DNA of 64,000 nucleotides. Origin: a candidate division WOR-3 bacterium. GTDB lineage: Bacteria; Hydrothermota; Tepidihabitantia; SM23-42. The DNA lies in NCBI GenBank assembly GCA_020353055.1, contig CP070686.1, positions 94,804 to 158,803 on the forward strand. Direction: 5' to 3'. The position numbers and the translations under genes were made by a program. Every line of letters starts with the position of its first letter. The first letter of the stretch is position 1. The notes under the pieces are model-generated. The model was given only the letters and a program-made list of their open reading frames with translations, searched no databases and was not told the origin of the DNA. Of the stretch, positions 29,005 to 39,240 are shown piece after piece.

Positions 29005-30627
29005 ATGTCTCAATTCACGAATTTCGTCGAAAAATATCTCGAATTCAGCTGGAAGACATCACCGATCAGCGCCACGTACGCCGGTATTCATAAGTATGAT
29101 CATGAATTGGATAACGTGGAGAGCGATTTCATACAGGACATTACCAAGAAAAGAAAGGAATATCTCGATGAGCTCGAGGGCATGCCAAGCCAAGAATTGA
29201 GCGGCGAAGACCGAATTGATTGGCAACTACTGAGAAATGATATTGAATCCAGCATAAAGGATTACGAAGAAATCAGATTCTGGAAAAAACAAGCAGCATA
29301 TTACCCAGAACTGTGCGCACATGCAATGTTTATCCTGTCGGTAAGAGAATTTGCACCGCTCGGGGAGCGTTCATCGGCAATACTCTCCAGAATGCGCCAG
29401 GTCCCGCACGTCCTCAAAGAGGGCATCAAGAATCTCGACGATTGCCCGCGGTTGTTCGTAACCCTGGGTATGGAAATGACCAACGCCTGCATTTCCTTTA
29501 TCGAAGACCTTACACCAGGACTCATAAATAGTATTCCCGGATTAAAGAAAAAAATTGAAGACGCAAGCAGAGAAGCCATATCCGCGTTGCAGCAATATCG
29601 CCAGCATTTAGAGACCGAGTTATTACAGAAATCAAGGGGCGACTTTGCGATTGGGAGCACACTATTTGATTTTAAACTAAAGAACGACCACATGCTTTCT
29701 TATGATGCGCAGGATATTCTCGAAATAGGACAAGAAACAAAGAAGAAAACCGAAGAAGCCCTCAGACAGGCCGCGCACGCGATTGATTCTAATAAAGATT
29801 GGTTCGATGTTGTAGGTGACATTAAGAGAGAACACCCGCAAGCATCTGAGCTCCTGCAGACATACAAAAGAGAAATGGAATCTGCCAGGAGATTCGTAAT
29901 CGACAAAGATCTGGTTACCGTTCCTCCTGATGAACATCTGAATGTCATACCAACTCCTTCTTTCAGCCAGCCTATTATTCCATACGCTGCATACATGAAC
30001 CCGGCGCAATTCGAAGAACAGCAGACCGGCCATTTCTATGTCACCCTGGTCGATGAACGGCTGTCCCAGGAACAAAAAGAAGAGATACTCAGAGGCCATC
30101 CAAAATTCGGGATACCGGTCATAGCCCTACATGAAGGATACCCCGGTCACCACCTCCAACTTGTTATCGCCAACAAACTAAAAAACCGACTGAGACGGCT
30201 CCTCGAAACAACGGTCTTCATCGAAGGCTGGGCACTCTACTGCGAAGAAATGATGTACGAAGCAGGGTTCTATGCTGACCCACGCTCGAGACTGCTACAA
30301 CTAAAAGACCAATTATGGCGTGCTTGCCGGGTCATTATCGATGTTGGATTACATACAAAAACGATGACGTACGATCAGGCCGTCGACTTGCTCGTCAAAG
30401 ATGCAAAACTGGAACGTGTGCACGCTCAAAAGGAAGTAACACGCTACACCCTCACTCCGACCCAACCAATGAGTTACCTGATAGGCAAAAAACAGATACT
30501 CGAGTTGAAAGATGACTATCAGAAAAAAATCGGCAGCCGGTTCAACCTGCGCGAATTCCACGACAAACTGCTGAGTTTTGGCTCGATACCTGTATGTTTG
30601 ATCCGTAAAGAACTTGGATTATACTAA
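29005..30627 (+). CDS. DUF885 family protein, cytoplasmic paralog
   Basis: AGGAGG ribosome-binding site before the internal ATG at 29005. HEGYPGHHLQ motif. No signal peptide. Confidence 0.65.
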   Translation: MSQFTNFVEKYLEFSWKTSPISATYAGIHKYDHELDNVESDFIQDITKKRKEYLDELEGMPSQELSGEDRIDWQLLRNDIESSIKDYEEIRFWKKQAAYYPELCAHAMFILSVREFAPLGERSSAILSRMRQVPHVLKEGIKNLDDCPRLFVTLGMEMTNACISFIEDLTPGLINSIPGLKKKIEDASREAISALQQYRQHLETELLQKSRGDFAIGSTLFDFKLKNDHMLSYDAQDILEIGQETKKKTEEALRQAAHAIDSNKDWFDVVGDIKREHPQASELLQTYKREMESARRFVIDKDLVTVPPDEHLNVIPTPSFSQPIIPYAAYMNPAQFEEQQTGHFYVTLVDERLSQEQKEEILRGHPKFGIPVIALHEGYPGHHLQLVIANKLKNRLRRLLETTVFIEGWALYCEEMMYEAGFYADPRSRLLQLKDQLWRACRVIIDVGLHTKTMTYDQAVDLLVKDAKLERVHAQKEVTRYTLTPTQPMSYLIGKKQILELKDDYQKKIGSRFNLREFHDKLLSFGSIPVCLIRKELGLY

Positions 30628-30651
30628 ATAAAGGCTAACCCGAATACCCGC

Positions 30652-31167
30652 TCAGATACGGAGGAAATCCCTGACGCTGTCCAGCAGTTGACGAAAAAAT
30701 TCCATCGCCTCCGGGTCTTTAACTGCCTGGCTCCATATGAATTTGCCAAAACCCACCTGGGCGAGGGCATAGTAGCCAAGGGCGAATTGTCCGATGGCGA
30801 CATACCCCGTTGCGAACTGGCCGATCCCGAATAGTCCCGCGACGGCAAACTGCGCAATTCCGGTCAACCCCAACATGAACTGGCCAAAACCAAACAGCAA
30901 ACCAATGCCGAATTGGGCAAATGTCACAAGGCCTATGCCGAACTGACCGACGGCGATCACCCCTTTTGCCACACGGATCTTGTTTTGTGCATCGCGCCCG
31001 AAGGCGACATGGATCAGTGGATAGCCATAGAAGGTCTGTTTCGATCTCCATTCAAAACCACGGCCCGCCCACTTCTTTTTGGCCGGAAACGGAGCACCGC
31101 AATGCGGGCAATTTACCGCCTCAGTACTGATCTCATTCTGACACTCCCGGCATCGCGCTAGCGGCAT
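30652..31167 (-). CDS. Zinc-ribbon protein with C-terminal tandem (A/G)QF(G/A)xG(L/Y) 8-residue repeat membrane domain
   Basis: N-terminus CRECQNE...CPHCG forms a zinc ribbon. It is followed by about nine 8-aa repeats: GQFGIGLV, AQFGIGLL, GQFMLGLT, AQFAVAGL, GQFATGYV, GQFALGYY, AQVGFGKF. Confidence 0.5.
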   Translation of the reverse strand: MPLARCRECQNEISTEAVNCPHCGAPFPAKKKWAGRGFEWRSKQTFYGYPLIHVAFGRDAQNKIRVAKGVIAVGQFGIGLVTFAQFGIGLLFGFGQFMLGLTGIAQFAVAGLFGIGQFATGYVAIGQFALGYYALAQVGFGKFIWSQAVKDPEAMEFFRQLLDSVRDFLRI

Positions 31168-31182
31168 GGATTCCCTATGCTA

Positions 31183-32169
31183 CTATTCGATACCGACGAG
31201 CGATTTCACGTACTGAAGGCGCTCATACAGTTCGGGCATCTCGCTCTCTTTTTGGCTCAACCTGCCCCGGAACTGCGATACAGATTCAAAATGATGTTTC
31301 TTCATCCATGCTTCCAGGTTACTGAGAATATTCGAGAGGTGTCCGATGCCGTGCTTGTATAAAGTTGAACAAACCTGAACCGTCGAGGCACCAGCAAGCA
31401 GCTGTTTGACAACACCTGTAGCATCATGGACACCCGTCGTAGCGGAAAGGTCACAATCAATTCGACCCGCAAGTAGCGAGATCCAGCGTAGTGATACATT
31501 TATTTCTTCAGGCGTACTGAAGTGGTAACCAGGTACCAATGTCAGCTTGTCGATATTGATATCGAGTTGATAAAATCTGTTGAAGAGCACAAGCGCCGAA
31601 GCGCCCCTACTGCAAAGTTGTCGACCGACGGTTGCGAGTGACGTAAAATAGGGGCCGATCTTCACGGCAACGGGTATCTTCACGTTCTTCTTAACACCTT
31701 CCAGAATATCATAGTAGAGTTTCTCAATATCATTACTACTATGCCGCGGGTCGCTCGGCAGGATTGCCATATTAAGTTCAATGCCATCAGCGCCGGATGC
31801 CTCAAGTCTTCCCGCATAGTCTGTCCACCATTCTGGCGTTATGCAATTGAGGCTCGCAATCACCGGCACCGACACTGCTTTCTTCGCACTTTCCACAAGA
31901 TTCAGATAATCTTGTTCTCCGGTTTGGAGTCCAATTTGCCGGACGTAATCATATGCCTCAGTGTGCCCTGCAAGCCATACATGTTTTTGTATCTCCTTAG
32001 TGTCAGCCTCGATCTGCTCTTCAAACAATGATTTAAGCACAACCGCACCAGCACCGGCATCCGCACAACGCTGAACACCTTCTACAGAATTCACCAAACT
32101 ACAGCTCGCAACGATTAGCGGATTCCGTAATTCAAGTCCCATATAACTTGTTTTCATATCTGCCATCAA
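31183..32169 (-). CDS. Dihydroorotate dehydrogenase family (DHOD/DHPD-like TIM-barrel) protein
   Basis: GLELRNPLIVASC...NCITPEW...KIGP; FMN-binding TIM-barrel family pattern. Confidence 0.55.
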   Translation of the reverse strand: MMADMKTSYMGLELRNPLIVASCSLVNSVEGVQRCADAGAGAVVLKSLFEEQIEADTKEIQKHVWLAGHTEAYDYVRQIGLQTGEQDYLNLVESAKKAVSVPVIASLNCITPEWWTDYAGRLEASGADGIELNMAILPSDPRHSSNDIEKLYYDILEGVKKNVKIPVAVKIGPYFTSLATVGRQLCSRGASALVLFNRFYQLDINIDKLTLVPGYHFSTPEEINVSLRWISLLAGRIDCDLSATTGVHDATGVVKQLLAGASTVQVCSTLYKHGIGHLSNILSNLEAWMKKHHFESVSQFRGRLSQKESEMPELYERLQYVKSLVGIE

Positions 32170-32255
32170 CGACCTCCTTGCCTAGAACAAAAATGAAACC
32201 GCAAAATTATATACTGAAATATGACACAATCAATATGTCTGGCAGTACCGATCGA

Positions 32256-33545
32256 CTATTTCGTTTTTAACTCTTTGAGCTTCTCTATGGCATTGCCGTT
32301 TCTCGGATTCAATTCCAGAGATCTAAGGTAGTTCACTTTAGCCTTTTCGCTTTCACCTGCGGCTAAATATGCTTCACCCAGACTATCGTATGCGTTCCAA
32401 GAATCCGGGAAAAGTGCTACGCAAATTCTGAAAATGCCTATCGCCTGCGCGACATCATTTACCCGTAAATACTGATAACCTCTTTGATTCAAGAGAAATT
32501 CATTGAACTCAACATACTTTGCATGTTTCTTCTTCAAATCGGAATAGATACTACAGGCTGCTTTTAAACCGTCCTCTGACAATATCTCTAGTAAGCTCTC
32601 TGATATATTGAGGTCAGCAGTCCTCAGATATTGGATGACTTCTGAATTCAACCAGTACATCCCATATCCCTCACCGAGAAAGAAAAGATACTCACCATCC
32701 GGCGACAGGCTCGCCCCCTTAGCATACAGCATATTTATATGGTCTCCAATGCTCTTCGCCGTGGTCCACGCATTACCGTGTTTGTAAGTGACATAAAGAC
32801 CGGCATTGGCCTTTTCAGTAACATCCAAACGGTAGAATATCACAAAACCAAGATCCGGCGCAACGTAAAGCACGCGTTCCTCCGCTGTGGTGTTCACCGA
32901 TTCACCAAGACTCGTCGGTTCAGCGTATGCACCATCCTCGATTCTTGTGAAATAGATATCGAAGCCTCCCTTACCACCGGGACGGTTCGAACTAAAAAAG
33001 ATCACGCCATCTCCTGCCATCGTACCGGATATTTCATCGTATGCCGTATTGATCGGATAATCCAGTTGTGCTGGTTCAGACCAACCATTCTCCGATTTTT
33101 CTATAAACCAGACATCAGCATCTTTTGACGCACCCCTTTTGTGTAGGGGCCGCGTCGAGAAAAAATAAATCACGCTGCCGTCTTCCGAGCAGAATACTCC
33201 CCAATCACTGTAATCGCTCGAAAATGGCACTCTACCTGGTTCTGTCCACGTATCATCTATTCGACGCATGAACATTATCGAGCGGCTTCGCCCTTCCACA
33301 GCAGGTAGGGTCTGGTCAGTGAAATATAGTTCGGTGCCGGTGGAAGACAAACTGATACTGCTCTGCAGATGAAAACCGTAATTATTCCAGGCCGAAAATA
33401 TATTCGGAGCGAATGCCTCGGGTTTATAGCCGGGTGTCTTTTGCCCCAAATACTGCCCCCGGAATTCAGATTGTGGGGCTGACTGCGGACGCGAAAACAT
33501 CATCAAAGTACAGAATATCGTGAGTGAGAGCAGAGATTTATGCAT
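32256..33545 (-). CDS. Secreted WD40-like (TolB/PD40) beta-propeller protein with C-terminal TPR repeats
   Basis: PD40-like repeats (SEDGSVIYFFSTR, GDGVIFFSSNR, SPDGEYLFF). TPR-like C-terminus. AGGGGGA ribosome-binding site before the ATG at 33545. Signal peptide. Confidence 0.55.
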   Translation of the reverse strand: MHKSLLSLTIFCTLMMFSRPQSAPQSEFRGQYLGQKTPGYKPEAFAPNIFSAWNNYGFHLQSSISLSSTGTELYFTDQTLPAVEGRSRSIMFMRRIDDTWTEPGRVPFSSDYSDWGVFCSEDGSVIYFFSTRPLHKRGASKDADVWFIEKSENGWSEPAQLDYPINTAYDEISGTMAGDGVIFFSSNRPGGKGGFDIYFTRIEDGAYAEPTSLGESVNTTAEERVLYVAPDLGFVIFYRLDVTEKANAGLYVTYKHGNAWTTAKSIGDHINMLYAKGASLSPDGEYLFFLGEGYGMYWLNSEVIQYLRTADLNISESLLEILSEDGLKAACSIYSDLKKKHAKYVEFNEFLLNQRGYQYLRVNDVAQAIGIFRICVALFPDSWNAYDSLGEAYLAAGESEKAKVNYLRSLELNPRNGNAIEKLKELKTK

Positions 33546-33711
33546 ATTAATCCCCCTATGCCTGATTGCTACCGGCTTCTCCGTGTGGAAACAGGATTCC
33601 AATGTGAACACACATCATGAACTGTAATTATATTATCCTTTCTGTCAAGGCATCGCCAAGTTTATACCTTTACTTTTCCTGGGCGTTCGCTATAATAGTA
33701 TTGGGTGACCG

Positions 33712-35088
33712 ATGATTCATAATTTGAGTTTTCTTCTGATATTGGCTGTGTTATTACCTCAGCTAAGCCCTTCACAAATCACCGAACAAGACACGGTTAC
33801 AAGTGTTAGATACGAGCTCCCAGCAGCTAAGAAGTTGTACTATACCTCTCGATCCAAATTCGAATACACCAATGGTGTTTTTGAATCCAGGGAAACTCTG
33901 GAGATTTGGGTGATGAATAGGAATACAGATGGTAGTTGGCATTTGATTTTACGAAACAGCGAAACCTCTTTGACAACGGACGACCGTGGCGTGATTGAAG
34001 CATCACCCGCAGTAACACACTACGCGGTCTGTGAGTTCTATCCAGACGGACGTTTTGCACGTAATAGGGGCATGGACAATATTTCCCGGTTAGATCTTTA
34101 CCTTCCGAATCTATTCATAACCCTACCGCAGGACTTTTCTGGGGAACAACTGAGATGGGAATTTACCGATCGTCTCTACGGTGAGAAGGACCAATACGTT
34201 GCAGATAAACCGGACACTTCAAACCGGTCATGGATCGTTCATGCTACCCATGAAACACCACTCGATGCCATCTATCAAATGAACCAGAAGGCAGAAATCT
34301 ATATTGATCTATTCGAAAGGATCCCGGTTTATGCGAAAGGCGAGAGCGTAAGAGGATACGGGCGATATGCGGGCAGAGGCACAAGCACAGTATTATTGGA
34401 TTCAATCGTTGATTTGGATACTCTACAGGCACGCCGACATGACTCCGAGTTGATGATTTTCTTCTCGGCCGATTCGCAGTACAGCGCGATCATCGACAGG
34501 GTTGAAGGAAACCCGGGCCAGCTAATGCCCCTGCGTAGAGAAGCCCAAAACCTACTGACCGCGGCAAAAGCAAGGATTACAGTACCCGAAATAAAGACCC
34601 ACTTAATCGAGATGATCGACAATCTGCCAGAGGATTTTGATTATCTGACCGAGCAAATAAACAAACGTGCGAAACTAGTCAATAAGCCTTCGCCACGCTG
34701 GGAAGCCGATGATTTCTCAGGAAAGAAACACTCTCTGGATGAGTATCGCGGACAGGTCATATTGCTCGATTTCTGGTATCGCGGATGTCCCTGGTGTATC
34801 AGAGCCATGCCCATGATCAAAAGAATTGCCGAACATTTCAAGGATGGCGGTGTAGCAATTATTGGTGTCAATACCGACAAGGAACGCGCCGATGCGATTT
34901 TCGTTCTCCAGAGGATGAGTCTGCCGTATGTGAATCTCAGCGGACGCGACCTCATTAAGAAATATGATATCGCGAGTTACCCGACATTCGTTATTATTGA
35001 TAAAAACGGTCTCGTACGCCGGATTTTAATCGGATACGAACCGTTACTCGATGAAAAATTGATCGGTATAATCGAACCGCTTCGCTAA
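33712..35088 (+). CDS. Secreted protein with C-terminal TlpA/ResA-like thiol-disulfide oxidoreductase (thioredoxin) domain
   Basis: Signal peptide. The N-terminal ~330 aa has no recognisable motif. The C-terminal domain carries LLDFWYRGCPWCIRAMP, a CxxC redoxin motif. Confidence 0.6.
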   Translation: MIHNLSFLLILAVLLPQLSPSQITEQDTVTSVRYELPAAKKLYYTSRSKFEYTNGVFESRETLEIWVMNRNTDGSWHLILRNSETSLTTDDRGVIEASPAVTHYAVCEFYPDGRFARNRGMDNISRLDLYLPNLFITLPQDFSGEQLRWEFTDRLYGEKDQYVADKPDTSNRSWIVHATHETPLDAIYQMNQKAEIYIDLFERIPVYAKGESVRGYGRYAGRGTSTVLLDSIVDLDTLQARRHDSELMIFFSADSQYSAIIDRVEGNPGQLMPLRREAQNLLTAAKARITVPEIKTHLIEMIDNLPEDFDYLTEQINKRAKLVNKPSPRWEADDFSGKKHSLDEYRGQVILLDFWYRGCPWCIRAMPMIKRIAEHFKDGGVAIIGVNTDKERADAIFVLQRMSLPYVNLSGRDLIKKYDIASYPTFVIIDKNGLVRRILIGYEPLLDEKLIGIIEPLR

Positions 35089-35173
35089 AGACATAGTAGT
35101 CGATCAACTCAACACAAAAACCATATTTTACTTTTTTCTATTTGTAAGCTCAATCATACAGAAACAGGTGCAT

Positions 35174-37048
35174 TCATTTCTGCGCCATCAGCAAATCGAC
35201 GGAGCGTTTAGGATTAATGAGCAGTAGACCCTCATCATTCGGGCTAGCGCCGCTCTTTATCAGGTCGATAACTTCGGGGGGCGTCAGCGAAGGGTCTATT
35301 GCCAGCAGCTTCGCGGCGAGATTGGCCGCATTGGGCGATGATGCCGAAGTGCCTGAAGCAGCAAGACGTTCGCCGCCAGGCAAATAACTTTCCACTTCAT
35401 AACCGTTCCCGTAAACATCCACCGTAGGGCCGAAACTAGTAAAGGAGGTAACGTCACCCGCTTTGTCTACGGCGCCGACTACGAGTAGATTTGACAGATC
35501 AAAGGACGCAGGATAGTAGTCTGCAAAGGAAACATTGTCGTTATCATTGCCTGCCGCATTCACAAAAAGAATACCGGAGGCTTCTTTCATAGCATTGTAG
35601 ATCGCTTCTTTCTCAATGTCGAACATCTCCCGCGCAAGACGCGCCCGCTCTTCAGCCGTCTCACCAACGCCATTGGCTTCCAGGTCGCTTTCAGTACCCC
35701 TTACTGTTCCACCCCAGCTCATGTTCACGACCCGCACACCATTCGATTTCATGTATTCAATGGTTTCAGTATAATTTTGCGCCATCTTACGTGAAAGCTC
35801 CATGGTCGGGACTTTTGGTATCATATGGTAATCCGTGGTGAACCGCACGGTTAAGAGCCGAGCATAAGGATTACCCTCCACGGCGATACCTGCGACGTGT
35901 GTGCCGTGCATATGCAAGGCAAGCCTGGTGAGTTGTTCAAAAAAGACATTGAAGTCCTCAGGCTGCATCGTACTCATTTTCTGCCTCAAAGCGGATGCCT
36001 CTTCACTGTTTATGGACGACTGAATGTCAAACAGACCTTTTATCAATTTCACCTTTGCCTTCAATTGTACCGCTGTGAACTCCACTGGATACAATATCTC
36101 AGGCGTCTTCTCCTCCTCTATGTCATAAGCAATACCGTGGATATCATCAATGAACCCGTTGCCGTCATTGTCTAATCCATCGACGACTTCCCCGTCATTT
36201 TCAAAAAGCCTGCCCGGGAAAACACCTACATCCAAACCCGTATCCCAAATGCAGATTACGACCGGAGTCAGACCCTCAGATTCATCGAGTTCCACGCTCC
36301 GTTCCTGCCATATGTCAGGTTTTTCGACCCGATGAGCAGCAATATATCTATCAAGGGTCGACACGACAGTCTCTTTGACTGGTAGAATCATGTTCATGGC
36401 ATAACGTAAATTGACTATGCGATATGCGATTTCGGTACTGACTTTACCCGTTTGTTCAACAACCGGTTCGAATTGACCCTTCACAATGCTCATGATCAAA
36501 TTCTCACTCAGTATTTCAGTACTGCCCTTTATCTCTTCAATGCTCTCTTGCACGATATCCCAGGGGAGTGTCTGCAGCCTCTCCGTTAAAAGACCCGCGA
36601 GAAACTCCCTCGATTCAATCCTGTCTACATTTTCCCCATTCCTGTGCCACGCGAGTATCGTTCCGCTTAATATGCCAGTAGTATAACGACTTGCTTCTTT
36701 GTCCTGGAGGGTGCGTATTTTTTCTATCAATTCGAGTGCATCATCATAATTACCCTCCAACATTTCCAGATTCAACAGCACACCATAGAATTTCCTCAGT
36801 GTGGTCCGGTCTTCTATCTCATAGGCATTCAGATCATTCTCGACATCAGTTCGTAACCTTGCCGCAAATGCTGCGAATATGCTATCATTCGTCATCAATT
36901 CTGTAATAGTACCGGATACTTCATAGCTACGCCGGGGCAAATCATCAATGCCGGTGATTTTCTTTCTGGCCTGCTCACCCTCCTGAGAGAGAGACAACCG
37001 AACCAGTAATAGCATCCAAAGCAAGAATACCGACAACCCTCTTCTCAT
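35174..37048 (-). CDS. Subtilisin-like serine protease (peptidase S8), secreted
   Basis: Catalytic triad contexts VICIWDTGLD (Asp), HGTHVAGIA (His) and GTSASSP (Ser). Signal peptide. Long N-terminal extension. Confidence 0.8.
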   Translation of the reverse strand: MRRGLSVFLLWMLLLVRLSLSQEGEQARKKITGIDDLPRRSYEVSGTITELMTNDSIFAAFAARLRTDVENDLNAYEIEDRTTLRKFYGVLLNLEMLEGNYDDALELIEKIRTLQDKEASRYTTGILSGTILAWHRNGENVDRIESREFLAGLLTERLQTLPWDIVQESIEEIKGSTEILSENLIMSIVKGQFEPVVEQTGKVSTEIAYRIVNLRYAMNMILPVKETVVSTLDRYIAAHRVEKPDIWQERSVELDESEGLTPVVICIWDTGLDVGVFPGRLFENDGEVVDGLDNDGNGFIDDIHGIAYDIEEEKTPEILYPVEFTAVQLKAKVKLIKGLFDIQSSINSEEASALRQKMSTMQPEDFNVFFEQLTRLALHMHGTHVAGIAVEGNPYARLLTVRFTTDYHMIPKVPTMELSRKMAQNYTETIEYMKSNGVRVVNMSWGGTVRGTESDLEANGVGETAEERARLAREMFDIEKEAIYNAMKEASGILFVNAAGNDNDNVSFADYYPASFDLSNLLVVGAVDKAGDVTSFTSFGPTVDVYGNGYEVESYLPGGERLAASGTSASSPNAANLAAKLLAIDPSLTPPEVIDLIKSGASPNDEGLLLINPKRSVDLLMAQK

Positions 37049-37260
37049 TTTGCCGCTCCTTTCGTTATCAGCACAAGCTTAGACCAAACAAATTGACTGA
37101 AGTTAGCTTTACAGCGTCCCTTATATTAATACGCAGAAGAAAAAAATAAGTTACACGTATATTGCATGGTGAATATTAAATTGCAGTATTATTCGCCAGC
37201 CGAGTCGCAGTCCCGGATCAATTTCGATATTGCGAAAAATCCCTGAATGTCTCGAGAATC

Positions 37261-37971
37261 TCAGTTCTTAGCCTTGAATCCTGGGTCTTCCTGTTGTTCA
37301 TCGTGAACCGGCTCGATACAATCTGGCTCATTATAGGATGGCGAATTGACTTTCTTTGAAACCGAATATGCCTCCATTTCTGCTGAACTGTACGGTTCGA
37401 GCAAAGGCAATAACACATCAGATTCTTGCACGCTCGTGTCGAGCCAGAGTTTACGGTCATGCGGAGCGATAATGACCGGCATCCGGTTATGAATCGGCGC
37501 CATCAAATCATTTGCGCGTGTGGTGATGATGGTGCACGTCTGGAGAATCTTGCCGTCCTTCGATTTCCAATTTTCGTATAGCCCGGCAAACCCGAAAGGA
37601 CGCTCCTTGCGCAAGTGTACATACATCGGTATCTTTCTCTTGCCATCGGCAAGCTTTCTCCATTCATAAAAACCGTCAGCCACCACCAAACATCGGTGTT
37701 TTTTAAAGGCGCGCGCAAAACTTTTTTTCTGGGATACTGTCTCGGCACGTGCATTGATCATCTTGTATCCGATCGATGGGTCATCTGCCCAGAACGGCAC
37801 CAAGCCCCACCGGAACTTGACCAGACGGTTACCTCCGTTTCCGACCACACAGGCAATATCCTGACTCGGCGCGATATTATAACTCGGTTCGAAAGCCCAT
37901 TGAACTTCATAAATATCGAACTCGTCTTCAATGATGGTGATCGTGCTTTTTCTGACAAATCTTCCGCACAT
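37261..37971 (-). CDS. yedK: SOS response-associated peptidase (SRAP/YedK), abasic-site processing protein
   Basis: N-terminal MCGRF (Cys2 nucleophile) and SRAP family core motifs. Confidence 0.85.
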   Translation of the reverse strand: MCGRFVRKSTITIIEDEFDIYEVQWAFEPSYNIAPSQDIACVVGNGGNRLVKFRWGLVPFWADDPSIGYKMINARAETVSQKKSFARAFKKHRCLVVADGFYEWRKLADGKRKIPMYVHLRKERPFGFAGLYENWKSKDGKILQTCTIITTRANDLMAPIHNRMPVIIAPHDRKLWLDTSVQESDVLLPLLEPYSSAEMEAYSVSKKVNSPSYNEPDCIEPVHDEQQEDPGFKAKN

Positions 37972-38025
37972 ACGGCTCCTTTGATGATGCTGTTTACTAA
38001 AGACCTATGTCAATTCGACTTAGCC

Positions 38026-39240
38026 TTACTTCACAACAACTATCTTCTCTGAAAGTAATTCATTATTATCTTCAAAAACGATGAAATAAATGCCAGGAGA
38101 AAGCGTGTATGATCCGCCATATCCAGCAGCCACTACTCTACCGCTGACGTCGACTATCTTCAGCATTCTTTCGGTATCGACTGTAATCAATCCAAAGCTG
38201 GGATTGGGCGATATCCTGAATGGATGTGCTGCGACTATGTCATCGTGTTCTGCAACACCAACATTTGTCACCGTCACGAGCATGCTATCCCTCTGCGTAT
38301 TCCCGGCTGCATCACCGGCCTCAACAATGACCCAGTAATCGCCGTTCGTGAAATCACTAGTTTCCCAGGCACAGGTTGCATCAGTACTCTCAATGAGGCT
38401 GTCGCCATCAGTATTAGAGACGATGAAAAAATACTCCCGCAGGCTGTAGTTACCCTGTGTATTGCAAGTATAGTCATCCTTATATATGACATCGACATTA
38501 TTTGTGTAATCGAGAACGCCGCAGAAGACAAACGATAGCGTGTTAGGCAGGGAATCAGCACCAAGTATTTCGTATGCAATTCTATAGGGAGTGAGCCGCT
38601 CCCAAACAGGATCGTACAGAGGAAACCCCACATCATCATAAATCCTGGCAACTATATCCACATCGCCGTGAAGATTATCGGGCTGCAGATAATTACTCGT
38701 GTTATTCTCGCAGAATGCGAACTTGTGATCTAAATAAGCGTCTTCAAAAACCGGTTTTGTCGTATCGCCGTACGGCTGGATCAAGAGCAAAGGATTCTGA
38801 ACAAAAGCCCAATCACCATATTGCCATACTGGACCTGCGTCTTTGATGCGCGCAAAGTGCAGATGGTCAAAACCGGTGATCGGCCATTCAACAAGATATC
38901 CGATGAGTTCACCCTCCAACACGTCTTCACCCAAATTCTTATGGTACTGATAAGGATCAATATGCGCGTAGAGCCATGCTTCTACCGAATCGTTGGTTTC
39001 GTAATCGGCAATTGCGAGCCGCCAATGATAATCCCCGGATATGGTGAGCCAAGCCTTCACCACTCCAGATTGTACCGCGTAAACCGGTCGATGAATAGAA
39101 TCAGCCATGACGTCGATGCCCGGATGCAGGTAAGGGGCGCCACCATAAGACTGGTATTCACCCCAGTTGTTACCCAGACCGTGCGTCGTGTCGGTCGGGG
39201 CCAGGGGCCAGCCCGTCGCGATAATGAATAATAGAATCAT
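38026..39240 (-). CDS. M23/LytM-like metallopeptidase domain protein with T9SS C-terminal sorting domain
   Basis: HPGIDV and FDHLHF motifs (HxxxD / HxH). C-terminus ISPNPSFGLITVD...IVDVSGRVV...GIYFIVFE matches a T9SS CTD. Confidence 0.55.
   Translation of the reverse strand: MILLFIIATGWPLAPTDTTHGLGNNWGEYQSYGGAPYLHPGIDVMADSIHRPVYAVQSGVVKAWLTISGDYHWRLAIADYETNDSVEAWLYAHIDPYQYHKNLGEDVLEGELIGYLVEWPITGFDHLHFARIKDAGPVWQYGDWAFVQNPLLLIQPYGDTTKPVFEDAYLDHKFAFCENNTSNYLQPDNLHGDVDIVARIYDDVGFPLYDPVWERLTPYRIAYEILGADSLPNTLSFVFCGVLDYTNNVDVIYKDDYTCNTQGNYSLREYFFIVSNTDGDSLIESTDATCAWETSDFTNGDYWVIVEAGDAAGNTQRDSMLVTVTNVGVAEHDDIVAAHPFRISPNPSFGLITVDTERMLKIVDVSGRVVAAGYGGSYTLSPGIYFIVFEDNNELLSEKIVVVK

Noticed and set aside
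30750-30990. Nucleotide-level tandem repeats considered as a CRISPR or satellite array
   Set aside because: The repeats are in-frame 24-nt coding units of the QF-repeat protein, with no spacer-repeat architecture.
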